From Planctomycetota bacterium (GTDB taxonomy: Bacteria; Planctomycetota; UBA1135; UBA2386), in the NCBI GenBank assembly GCA_965228735.1, contig OZ245838.1, positions 6,208,001 to 6,272,000 of the forward strand: a stretch of 64,000 bases of DNA. The letters are read 5' to 3'. Under the pieces are notes generated by a model. It had not been told where the DNA came from. It made no database searches and worked only from the letters and a program-made list of their open reading frames with translations. Made by a program: the position numbers and the translations under genes. The stretch's first letter is position 1; the number at the start of each line of letters is the position of its first letter. Positions 28,500 through 38,400 of the stretch are shown here, piece by piece.

Positions 28500-30575
28500 A
28501 TGGCCGACGCACAGCCTCCCTCTGACAGCCCGTTGCCCGACTGGGAAGCGTTCTATCGGGACTACCGTAAGCCGGGTTACGTCCAGGGGTTCGAGGTCAC
28601 CAGCAAGCTCGGCGGCGGCGCGTTCGGCCTCGTCTTCCGGGCGCGGAAGGAATCGATCGGCAAGGACTACGCGATCAAGTTCCTCAAGGTCGAGGACACC
28701 GAGGTGCGGCAGGCCGTGCTGCGCGAGCTCGAGCAGGTGCAGTACTTCGCCCAGGTCGACCACCCCAACCTCGTGCAGATCGAGGACCGCGGTGAGGTCG
28801 ACGGGATCCCGTTCCTCGTGATGCAGTACGCGGGCAGCGAGACGCTGCGTGACCGGCTGCCGAGCGACGGCAACGTGCCGACGGCCGAACAGCGCGACGA
28901 GCTGCTGCGCTACCTCTTGCAGGCGTGTCGCGGCGTCGCGGCGCTGCACGAACGCTCGCTCGTCCACTTCGACCTCAAGCCCGCGAACGTGTTCCTCAAG
29001 GGGCCGGTCGCACGCGTCGGTGACTACGGCCTCAGCAAGCTCGTCACGCACTCGCGCGGCAGTCTCACGATGGGCCGGGGCACGCCGTACTACATGGCGC
29101 CCGAGATGCTGCAGCGGCGCGGCGATCATCGCAGTGACGTCTACTCGCTCGGCGTCATGCTCTACGAGATCCTCTGCGGCCGGTTGCCGTTCCAGGGCGA
29201 CAGCGAGTGGGAGGTCCTGCGCAAGCACGAGAAGGACGAGGCCGAGTGGCCGGCGCACCTGACCGCGGCCGATCGCGCCGTGCTGCAGCGCTGTCTGCAG
29301 AAGGATCCGGCGGCCCGGTTCCAGAGCGTGCACGACCTCATCACCGCGCTCGGCGCGCCGGCGGGCGTCGCGGCCGCGGCGTGGGACGACGTGCGCAGTG
29401 GCGTCGGCTTCGAGACGAACGCCGGCGCTGCCGGCGCGCCGCCGCCCTTCCCGGGAGCGAGTGGCCCCGAAACGACCGGCGCGACGCCGCCGCCGTTCCC
29501 TGGCGATTCGGCGACCGGGGATGCCGGTCAGACGGCGGGCGAAGATCCGTACAAGGGTCTGAAGGAGGCCGGCAAGGAGGCCTACAAGCACGCCCGCAAG
29601 ATCGCGCAGGACGCGATGAAGAGCGCGCGGGACTTCTCCGAGAAAGCCAGCCGCAAGGCCCGTGAGGTGATGGGGGACACGGCGAAGGAAACGCGGGCGG
29701 AGCACCGGCGCCGGTTCCAGGAGTGGCGCGAGAGGCGCGCCCGGCAGCGCGCCGAGAAGGCGGCGGCGCAGTCGATGCCGCCGCTGCCGAAGCGCAAGCG
29801 GTCCGCGGCGTGGCTCCTCCTGTTGCTGATTCCGGTTGGCGTAGCTGCCGCCGGTATGTTGTTCCTCGTCGCCGCGCCGCGGTCGGGCGGTCCGCAGATG
29901 ATCTACCACGGCGGTTCGGCCACGGCGGCGGCGTCGAACAGCCGCTCGACGCAGTCGTGGCGCGCGTTCAACGGCTATCGCGCGGACGGGACCCGGGTCA
30001 GCCAGCTCTTCGACGAGTGGCACGTGCCGGGCAAGCTCGTCGACGAGGTGTCGCACCAGGAACCGGCGTGGGCCGCGTCGTTCGATCACGATCGGCAGAA
30101 GGCGAAGCAGCAGCTCGATCTGCACTGGGCGAAGGTGCGGCGGTACGCCCCCTACAAGTCATCGCGGCGCAAGCGCGACGTGCCGGTGCCGGAGTTTCGC
30201 CGCTTCGAACTGGAACCGTCGCATCGGGTCGCCGTGCGCGAGTTCCTCGCTCTGCCCGAGTACCACGCGGACGCCGCGGCGCGGATCGTCCGGGATGCGC
30301 CCGGATCCCTGGTCGCCGTCGCGCAGAAGCTCGACGAGATCGGCAACCAAGGCTACCGCGATCGCGGCGACTACGAGCGGGCGTGGCGGTTGCACAAGGT
30401 GCTCGTGCAGGCCACGGGTTTCGACGCGATCGAGTTCGAGGACAGCAAGCGGCTGTCGCTGCGCGAGAAGGCCAAGCGCAACCGCCAGCTCGGCGCGGTG
30501 TGGCTGTGGTTCCTCCACGAGGTCGGCATGACCGAACGGTCGTGGCGCGCGTTCCAGAAGCTCTACGGCCGTTGA
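28500..30575 (+). CDS. Membrane Ser/Thr protein kinase, paralog 1
   Basis: GGGAFG, AIK, HFDLKPAN, DYG, GTPYYMAPE; one TM; helical ectodomain. Confidence 0.93.
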   Translation: MADAQPPSDSPLPDWEAFYRDYRKPGYVQGFEVTSKLGGGAFGLVFRARKESIGKDYAIKFLKVEDTEVRQAVLRELEQVQYFAQVDHPNLVQIEDRGEVDGIPFLVMQYAGSETLRDRLPSDGNVPTAEQRDELLRYLLQACRGVAALHERSLVHFDLKPANVFLKGPVARVGDYGLSKLVTHSRGSLTMGRGTPYYMAPEMLQRRGDHRSDVYSLGVMLYEILCGRLPFQGDSEWEVLRKHEKDEAEWPAHLTAADRAVLQRCLQKDPAARFQSVHDLITALGAPAGVAAAAWDDVRSGVGFETNAGAAGAPPPFPGASGPETTGATPPPFPGDSATGDAGQTAGEDPYKGLKEAGKEAYKHARKIAQDAMKSARDFSEKASRKAREVMGDTAKETRAEHRRRFQEWRERRARQRAEKAAAQSMPPLPKRKRSAAWLLLLLIPVGVAAAGMLFLVAAPRSGGPQMIYHGGSATAAASNSRSTQSWRAFNGYRADGTRVSQLFDEWHVPGKLVDEVSHQEPAWAASFDHDRQKAKQQLDLHWAKVRRYAPYKSSRRKRDVPVPEFRRFELEPSHRVAVREFLALPEYHADAAARIVRDAPGSLVAVAQKLDEIGNQGYRDRGDYERAWRLHKVLVQATGFDAIEFEDSKRLSLREKAKRNRQLGAVWLWFLHEVGMTERSWRAFQKLYGR

Positions 30576-30611
30576 TCGTATTCGGCGCTGAGCAGGAATC
30601 TGGCGGCCCGG

Positions 30612-32522
30612 CTACTTCTTGTCGGCCTCCCAGGCGTTGTTGCCGCGATCGGCATCGAGCGCCTGGATGTCGGGATCGATCACGACTGCCGCTGCCTTGC
30701 CGTTGAACTCGAGCACGGCCGTGCGGCTCTTCTGCCAATGCGCCGGATCGATGCGTTGGCGTGCGCTCGTCCCGTCCGTGAACGTCGCCTCGACGATCGT
30801 CGGCATCAGCGCGCGGCCGCGGTCTTCGACGGTAACGATGGTCTTGTTGCCACTGGCCTGCACCTCCGCGATCGCGTGGTCCAGCGCCCACTTCTCGAAG
30901 AACCACGTGCGGAAGTACGGCTCGAGGTCGACGCCGGCGTGGTCCGAGAACGTGTGGAAGAAGTCGTACGGCATCGGGTGCTTGAACGCCCAGTCCGCTG
31001 CGTAGCGCTTGAAGCCATTGAAGAACACGTCGTCGCCGAGCAGCCCGCGCAGCTGGTGCAGGATCGCTGCCGGCTTGCTGTAGCTCGCGAAACCGAAGCT
31101 CTCGGTGCCGTAGGTGTCACCGTGACGCATGCAGACGATGTCGCCGCCGCGCCGGACCACGTTGCCGTAGCCCATGACGGCGCGCTGCGGCCCGACGCTG
31201 CGGCCCGTGAAGTCGTCGCGGCACAGCGTCGTCCAGAACGACGTGAAGCCCTCGTCCTGCCACGCGTAGCGCTTCTCGTTGCTGCCGACGAGCATCGGGA
31301 ACCACATGTGGATCAGCTCGTGCGCGATCGTGCCGGCCGGTCGGCGCCCGCCGATGATCGTCATCATCGGGAACTCCATGCCGCCGCCGATGATGCCCTC
31401 GCACGCCGTCATCTGCGGCCACGGGTACGGATGCACGTTCTCCGACATGTACTCGATCGTGTGCCGCGCATACTCGGCGCCGCGGACCCAGTCGCCGGCG
31501 TTGGTCTCGTAGACCGAGTGGATCATGCACGTGCCGTCCTTGCCCTCGCCGTGCTTGTCCTTCACCACGGCGTGGCACGCGTCCCACACGTAGGTGCGCG
31601 CGATGCTGACCGCGGTGTCGCGCACGTTCTCGGCACGGAACTTCCAGGTCAGCTTGCGCTTGCCCTTCTTCGTGACGAGCCCGGCCTCGAGATCGTCGGC
31701 GCTGATGATCGGCACGATGTCGCGCGACGTCTTCGCCTTCTCGAGCTGCTTGATTGCCTTCTTCGTCAGCACCTCTTTGGCGTTCTGCAGCTCACCCGTC
31801 GCGCGCACGAGGTAGCCCTTCGGCGCGGTGATCGCGAGGTCGTAGTCGGCGTAGCCCATGTAGAACTCGCCGTTGCCCTTGTAGGGGTCCGCGACCCAGC
31901 CGGCGACGTCGTCGTAGACCGCGAACTGCGGATACCAGTAGGCGAGGTAGAACACGTCCTCGCCTTCCCAGCCGTTGCGGGGCGCGGTCCCGGCCTTCGG
32001 CACCTCGTAGCTGTAGTCGATCGTGAGCGTCGTCTTCTCGTCCGGCTGCAGCGACTGCGGCAGCGTGATATAGAGCAGCGTGCCGCGGGCGCGCGCTGCG
32101 CGGCCGAGCTCGTCGCCGTCGAGCACGACGCTGCCGAGTTCGATCCCCGACGTCGTCTGGATCGTGCGCGTGCGCTGCATGCCCGGCTTCATCATGTTCT
32201 GCCGCAGGTGCACGACGAGGCGGCGCAGCGCGTGCGGCGAACGGTTGTGGTAGGTCATCTTCGCCGTGGCCGTGACGATCTTGGCCTCGACGTCGAGCTC
32301 CATCGCGATGTCGTAGTGCGCGTAGTTGGTCCAGTAGTTCGCGCCGGGCTTGCCGGTGAGCGTGCGGGTGCCGTTCTCGATCGCCTTCTGGTAGCCGGTC
32401 GGCAGATCGATCGGGTACGGTTGGATGCGCGGGGCGCTGGCTTCGGTCTGCGCGGTGGTGACGGCCGTCAGGCCGAGGATCGAGGCGGTGGCGAGGGCGC
32501 GGAGGGTCGGAACGGGCTTCAT
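30612..32522 (-). CDS. Secreted M1-family metalloaminopeptidase
   Basis: TTA|Q signal, GGMEFP, HELIHMWF, W.DEG. Confidence 0.92.
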   Translation of the reverse strand: MKPVPTLRALATASILGLTAVTTAQTEASAPRIQPYPIDLPTGYQKAIENGTRTLTGKPGANYWTNYAHYDIAMELDVEAKIVTATAKMTYHNRSPHALRRLVVHLRQNMMKPGMQRTRTIQTTSGIELGSVVLDGDELGRAARARGTLLYITLPQSLQPDEKTTLTIDYSYEVPKAGTAPRNGWEGEDVFYLAYWYPQFAVYDDVAGWVADPYKGNGEFYMGYADYDLAITAPKGYLVRATGELQNAKEVLTKKAIKQLEKAKTSRDIVPIISADDLEAGLVTKKGKRKLTWKFRAENVRDTAVSIARTYVWDACHAVVKDKHGEGKDGTCMIHSVYETNAGDWVRGAEYARHTIEYMSENVHPYPWPQMTACEGIIGGGMEFPMMTIIGGRRPAGTIAHELIHMWFPMLVGSNEKRYAWQDEGFTSFWTTLCRDDFTGRSVGPQRAVMGYGNVVRRGGDIVCMRHGDTYGTESFGFASYSKPAAILHQLRGLLGDDVFFNGFKRYAADWAFKHPMPYDFFHTFSDHAGVDLEPYFRTWFFEKWALDHAIAEVQASGNKTIVTVEDRGRALMPTIVEATFTDGTSARQRIDPAHWQKSRTAVLEFNGKAAAVVIDPDIQALDADRGNNAWEADKK

Positions 32523-32623
32523 GGGGGCGTGCGTTTGGACTGGCGTGTCCACCGTTTGGAGCCGGTCGGCAAGGCCCGTTCAAGCCTTGCCGGGCGGTGG
32601 TGCCTTCGCGGTACAAGTCGGGA

Positions 32624-32719
32624 CCCGTACGGAACCAGGTTCATGCTGCCGGCCGCGAGCCACAGCTACCCGCGGGTGGCGTCCTGGCGGCCGGCAGCAT
32701 GAACCTGGTTCCGTACGGG
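32624..32719. repeat. Palindromic repeat: perfect 33-bp inverted arms with 30-nt loop
   Basis: cccgtacggaaccaggttcatgctgccggccgc (32624..32656) and its exact reverse complement (32687..32719). Confidence 0.95.
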
Positions 32720-32788
32720 CTTCCCCCGCAACTGGTACGGGAGTGGTGGAAGTGGTCGGTGTCGTCCGGTACTTCCGATGTCTGCGTC

Positions 32789-35056
32789 ATGCCCGATCCC
32801 GACCCCGATCCCGTGCCCGTGTCGGCAGACGCCGCGGAGGATCACGCACCGGCCTACGTGCAGGTCGCGCTGAACCTGCCGCTGCGGCGGGAGTTCACCT
32901 ACGCGCTGCCGGCGGGGGTCACGGCGACGGTCGGCAATCGGGTGCGCGTGCACTTTCATGGCCGCAAGCTCGGCGGGATCGTGACCGCGACGGCGGCGAC
33001 GACCGATCTGCCGGCGAGCAAGGTCAAGTCGATCGAGTCCGTGCTCGACTCCGAGACGCAGCTGCCGCCAGCACTCCTCGAGCTCGGCAAGCGCATGGCG
33101 ACGACCTACGGTTGCTCGCTCGGCGAAGCGCTCGATGCGACGCTGCCGGCGGTGGCGAAGCGGCGTGGCGTCCGGCGCATCCCGCACGTCGAGCTCGCGG
33201 CCCCGCACGACCTCGCGCAGCGCGCCGTTCTCGAGCTCGAGGAGAAGTTCCAGGCGCAGTCGCGCGTGTTGCGCACGGTGCTCGAGTTCGGCGGGCCGAT
33301 GGCGGTCCTCGACGTCAAGCGCCGGACCAAGACGAGCGACAGCCCGTGGAAGACCCTGGTTCGGAACGGGATCCTGCGGAAGGTCATGCTGCAGGAAGAG
33401 CTCGAGGAACTGGTGCCGGCGGCCGACGAACGCGCCGAACGTCACGAGCTCAACGCGCACCAGACCGCCGCCGTGGAGCGTGTTCTCACCAAGGTGCACG
33501 CCGCCGAACACGCGACGTTCCTGCTGCACGGCGTCACGGGCAGCGGCAAGACCGAGGTCTACCTGCGCGTGCTCGAGGAGGTCCGCAAGCTCGAGAAGAG
33601 CGCGATCGTCCTCGTGCCCGAGATCTCGCTCACGCCGCAGACCGTCGGCCGCTTCGCGTCGCGCTTCTCCGACGTCGCCGTCCTGCACTCGGGCTTGACC
33701 GACGCCGAACGCGGCCGGCAGTGGCAACGCCTGCTGCGCGGCGAGGCACGGATCGCGATCGGCGCGCGTTCGGCGCTGTTCGCGCCCGTGCGCGACCTCG
33801 GCCTCATCGTGATCGACGAGGAGCACGAGACGTCGTTCAAGCAGGAGAGCACGCCGCGCTACCACGCGCGCGAGATGGCGATCGTCCGCGGCGAGATCGA
33901 GAACGCGGTCGTCGTGCTCGGCTCGGCGACGCCGACGCTCGAGTCCTACGGCAAGGCCAAGCGCGGGCTCTACGAGATGGTCACGCTGCCCGAACGCGCG
34001 GGTGCGGGGCGACCGCCGCGGATCGTCGTCCAGGACCTGCGCGGCGAACCCAAGGAGTCGCGTCGCGGTGGCGTCGTGTTGTCACGGACGCTCACCGTGA
34101 TGATGGAAGAGCGCCTCAAGGCGCGCGACCAGGTGTTGCTATTCCTCAACCGTCGCGGCTATTCGCCGGTGCTGCTCTGCCCGGGCTGCGGCGAGGCCGT
34201 GCAGTGCGAGGACTGCTCGGTGTCGATGACGTGGCACTCGCGGCGGGGGCGACTCGTCTGCCACTGGTGCTGTCACGAGAAGCGCCGCCCCGAGGTCTGC
34301 GAGACGTGCCAGCACGCCGGCATGCACGAGCTCGGCATCGGCACCGAGCGCCTCGAGGCCGCGGTGACCGCGCAGTTCCCCGAGGCGATCGTCGCGCGCA
34401 TGGACGCCGACACGATGGCCGAACGCGGCGCGCACGAACGCGTGCTCGGCTCGTTCCGCAAGCGCCACATCGACGTGCTCATCGGCACGCAGATGATCGC
34501 CAAGGGCCTCGACTTCCCCGACGTCACGCTCGTCGGCGTCGTGTCCGCGGACACGGGACTGTTCGTGCCGGACTATCGCGCCGCCGAGCGCACGTTCCAG
34601 CTGCTGCAGCAGGTCGCCGGCCGCGCAGGTCGCGGCGAAAAGGCCGGGACCGTGATCATCCAGACGCACTGCCCCGACAACTACGCGATCGAGGCCGTCG
34701 TCAAGAACGACTACGAGTCGTTCGTGCAGCAGGAGCTCGTGCACCGGAAGGCCGCCGGCTACCCGCCGTTCTGCCGGCTGATCCGGGTGTTCGCCGAGGC
34801 GTTCCGCGAGAGTGACGCGCAGCAGGTGCTGCAGAAGGCGACGGCGCCGCTGCGTTCGCTCGCCGGTGTCGAAGTGCTCGGCCCCGCGCCAGCGGTCGTC
34901 GCCAAGGTCAAGGATCGCTGGCGCTGGCACATGCTCGCGAAGTGCTTCGACCCGATCGCGTTCGCGGCGGCGATGAGCGAGGTCGGCACGATCGAGGACC
35001 TCGGGACGCGCAGCTGTCGCGTCACACTCGACGTCGATCCCGGCAGCCTCCTCTGA
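32789..35056 (+). CDS. priA: Primosomal protein N'
   Basis: GVTGSGKTEVY, VPEISLTPQ, DEEH, NRRG, four CxxC pairs, GTQMIAKGLDFP, QVAGRAGR, DVDP. Confidence 0.97.
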   Translation: MPDPDPDPVPVSADAAEDHAPAYVQVALNLPLRREFTYALPAGVTATVGNRVRVHFHGRKLGGIVTATAATTDLPASKVKSIESVLDSETQLPPALLELGKRMATTYGCSLGEALDATLPAVAKRRGVRRIPHVELAAPHDLAQRAVLELEEKFQAQSRVLRTVLEFGGPMAVLDVKRRTKTSDSPWKTLVRNGILRKVMLQEELEELVPAADERAERHELNAHQTAAVERVLTKVHAAEHATFLLHGVTGSGKTEVYLRVLEEVRKLEKSAIVLVPEISLTPQTVGRFASRFSDVAVLHSGLTDAERGRQWQRLLRGEARIAIGARSALFAPVRDLGLIVIDEEHETSFKQESTPRYHAREMAIVRGEIENAVVVLGSATPTLESYGKAKRGLYEMVTLPERAGAGRPPRIVVQDLRGEPKESRRGGVVLSRTLTVMMEERLKARDQVLLFLNRRGYSPVLLCPGCGEAVQCEDCSVSMTWHSRRGRLVCHWCCHEKRRPEVCETCQHAGMHELGIGTERLEAAVTAQFPEAIVARMDADTMAERGAHERVLGSFRKRHIDVLIGTQMIAKGLDFPDVTLVGVVSADTGLFVPDYRAAERTFQLLQQVAGRAGRGEKAGTVIIQTHCPDNYAIEAVVKNDYESFVQQELVHRKAAGYPPFCRLIRVFAEAFRESDAQQVLQKATAPLRSLAGVEVLGPAPAVVAKVKDRWRWHMLAKCFDPIAFAAAMSEVGTIEDLGTRSCRVTLDVDPGSLL

Positions 35057-35078
35057 GCTTCTTCGGAACGGAACCAAG

Positions 35079-35286
35079 CCAGACCCGTACGGAACCAGGT
35101 TCAGGCTGCCGGCCGCGAGCCAACCAGACCCGTACGGAACCAGGTTCAGGCTGCCGGCCGCGAGCCAGTTGCCGGTCGGTGGCGTCCGGGCGGCCGGCAG
35201 CCTGAACCTGGTTCCGTACGGGTCCGTGAGTTGCCTGCGGGTGGCGTCCCGGCGGCCGGCAGCATGAACCTGGTTCCGTACGGGTC
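35079..35286. repeat. Compound palindromic repeat cluster (two left arms, two right arms)
   Basis: Left arms at 35079 and 35124 (45-bp period); right arms at about 35190..35224 and 35252..35286. Confidence 0.95.
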
Positions 35287-35418
35287 CGTGGTCGAGCCGC
35301 CCTTGTCATGGGACCGCGGGGCGCGCGCTGACGGTCGGCCGCGGGGCTGCCCCGGGGTTCGGCGGTTTCCGACGCCGAAGGGGCAGTTCGGCGTGGGGTA
35401 GGCTACAACCACCCCGCG

Positions 35419-38400
35419 ATGACGAGTAAGGACCCCTTCGACAAGACCCGGCGCATGCCCGACGGCGACGGCCAGAACGACAAGGGCCAGAACGACAAGG
35501 GCCAGAACGAGAAGGGCCAGAACGAGAAGGGCCAGATCGAGAATGGCCCGACGGCTGCCGACGACGGCATCGACCGGACCGTTCCGGCCGGCGAACGGCC
35601 GCAGCCGGCGCGCGAAGGCGACGGTGAGATCGACGCGACGGTGCCGTCGCGGCCGCAGCCGATCGAACCCGAGGCGACGATCCCGACCGGCGACCAGGGC
35701 AACGCGCCGCCGCCGGGCAGCGACACGATCGCCGATCCGGCCGCGCCGCGGAACGCGGGGGATCCGCTGATCGGAACGGAGCTCGGCGGTTGCAAGCTCG
35801 AGGCCCTGCTCGGTCGCGGCGCGATGGGCGCGGTCTACCGCGCGCGCCAGGTTCGCCTGAACCGCGAGGTCGCGGTCAAGGTCATGCGACCGGAGCTGCT
35901 GTCGGACAAGCGCATGCTCGAGCGCTTCGAGTCCGAAGCGCGCGTGGTGGCGCAGTTCCAGAGCCCGCACGTCGTCATGGTCCACGACGTCGGCTTCGAA
36001 CACGGCGTCCACTTCCTCGTGATGGAGCTCGTGCGCGGCAAGAACCTGCGCGAGTACACCCGGCTGCTCGCCGGCGGCCGATTGCCCGTGAGCGAAGCGC
36101 TGCCGCTGTTGCGGCAGGCGTGCAAGGGCCTCGAAGAAGCGCAGCGGCAGGGCATCATCCATCGCGACATCAAGCCCGACAACCTGATGCTGACCGAGCG
36201 CGGCGAGCTCAAGATCGCCGACTTCGGCATCGCCAAGCCGGAGAGCGACGATCTCGGGTTGACGATGACGCAGGAGCTCATCGGCACGCCGCTCTACATG
36301 AGCCCCGAACAGTGTCAGGGCGTGCGCGACATCGATTTCCGCAGCGACATGTACTCGCTCGGCGCGACGTTCTACTACCTGCTGACGGGTGAACCGCCCG
36401 TGCGGGCAAGTTCGGTCTACGAGCTGATCCAGACCAAGACGCGCATCGAGAACCTGTGCCTCTGGGAGGCGTTGCCGGAGCTCGACGAGGACCATCCGCT
36501 GTCGCGGGTCGTCGCGCGTATGACCGCGCTCGACCGCGAGGACCGCTACGACGACTACGAGGACCTCGCGAGCGACCTGCTGCTCGTGCAGCAGGGGCGC
36601 ACGATGGAGATCAAGCGCCCGCCGTCGCAGCGTCGTTCTGCCTCGCCGAAGGGCGGCACGAAGACGACCCGGATGCGCGCGGCGGAGCCTGCAGAACGCA
36701 AGGGCAGTGGCCTCGTGATCGCGCTCGTCGTGATCTTGCTGCTCGGCGGTGGTGGCGGCGGCTATTGGTTCTGGCAGCAGCAGCAGAAGTCGCAGCAAGA
36801 CGACGGCAACGAACGACAGGCTCAGAACGCTCAGAAGGCCACGGGTGATTCGACGGGCGACGGCACCGCGAGCGAAACGCCAGAACCGGTGGCGCCCGCG
36901 GTTGCCCTCGCGGGTTTCCGCGACTCGCTGCGGACGGACGGGCCATCGGTGGAGCTCAAGGCCGCGGTGGCAGACCTCGCAGCCGAGGGGGAAGACGCCG
37001 CGGCGCGCGACGCGCTCGTCGCGACGATCGACGAGGGCCTCGCGATCCAGGCTGCGCTCGCCGCGATCGAGGTGCCGGCGGCGCTCGCCCTGCCGTTCGA
37101 CGATCTCGAGGCGCATCTGCAGCGCGTCGATTCTGCGTTCGACCTCGCCGACGACGCCGATCCGGCGCTGCGCAGCTGGGCCGAGGGGGCGTTGGCCGCG
37201 AGCCGCGCCGAGGCCGAGCTCGCGAAGCTGACGGGCGCGGCGCTGACGAGCGCGTTCTCCGAATGGGGCAAGCGTCGCACCGCGGCCGGCAAGGACGCCG
37301 CCGAGCTCGCCAGGCTGGGACCGCAACTCGAAGCGATCCGCACGGCTCGCAGCCGCGCGCTCGGATTGCTGCCGGGTCAGGCCGACGCGATCGCATCGCG
37401 GCTTTCACGCGAGGCCATCGCGACAGCAGCGGCCGACCTGAAGCTGCCCGAGCCGAGCGTCGACATCGCCGCGCGGCTCGCAGAACTGCGGGCGGATTTC
37501 GACGAACGCGGCCCGCTCGATTCGATCCGGACCGACGTGCGCCAGCTCGAGCCCGTGGCCTCGGCCGACGTCGCGGCGCGCAGCGCGTTGCTCAACGCGA
37601 TCGGCGAGGCGTCGACGATGAAGGAGAACGCCGGCAACATCCTCGGCGCGTTCCCGAGTGACCCGAAGCTGCCGTTCAAGGACGACGTCGAGGCGTTCTT
37701 CGACAGGATCGACGTCGTGCTCAACCCGGCCGGCAAGCCGGTCGCCGAACTGCCCGCGTGGATCGGCCGCGAACGCAGCGCGCTCCGTCGCGTCGACACG
37801 CTGCGACCGAAGGTGGTCGCGGCGTGTGACCGCGCGTGGGGGCAGTGGCAACTCGCGCGCAAACAGCGCGGCGCCGATCCGGCGCGCCTCGAGATGCAGC
37901 TGACCGAGCTGCGCGACGGGCTCGAGCGGGCGCGGCGGCTGTTTCCGAAGGCGCAGCAGGAACTCGACGCGATCGTGAACGATCGCGGCATCGCGGAGGC
38001 GAGCGCCAGTCTCGCGGAAGCCAGTGCGCGCGCCGGGATGTTGACCGCCGTGACCGCGATCGCGACCGAGGTCAAGGGCATCGACTCGCTCACGGCCTGG
38101 CGCAGCGGCGGCGAAGCACTCGCCGGCCGCGTCGCCGACCTCGCCAACCAGCTCGAGGAGGCCGGTGCCGACGCGGCGGCGCAGCGCGAGCTCGGCAGCG
38201 CGCGCGATGCGCTCGCCGAATGGAGCGCGGCCGCGACGCGGATCCAGGTCGTCGCCGACCATCTCGGGGCCGGCGACCTCAGCGCCGCGCTCGCCGCGGT
38301 CGCGGACCGCTTCACGGGCACCGCCGGTCGCGCGGAGTTCGAGGCGTTCGCCGTCGCCACGAAGGGCTGCCGCGACGCGTTCCGCGGGCTGCTCGAAGAC

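Noticed and set aside
32597..32788. N-terminal extension of PriA in the ORF track
   Set aside because: It only reads through the palindromic element; PriA-like sequence starts after ATG 32789.
35079..35286. CRISPR array
   Set aside because: Repeats occur in both orientations, there are no unique spacers of regular length, and no cas genes are present.
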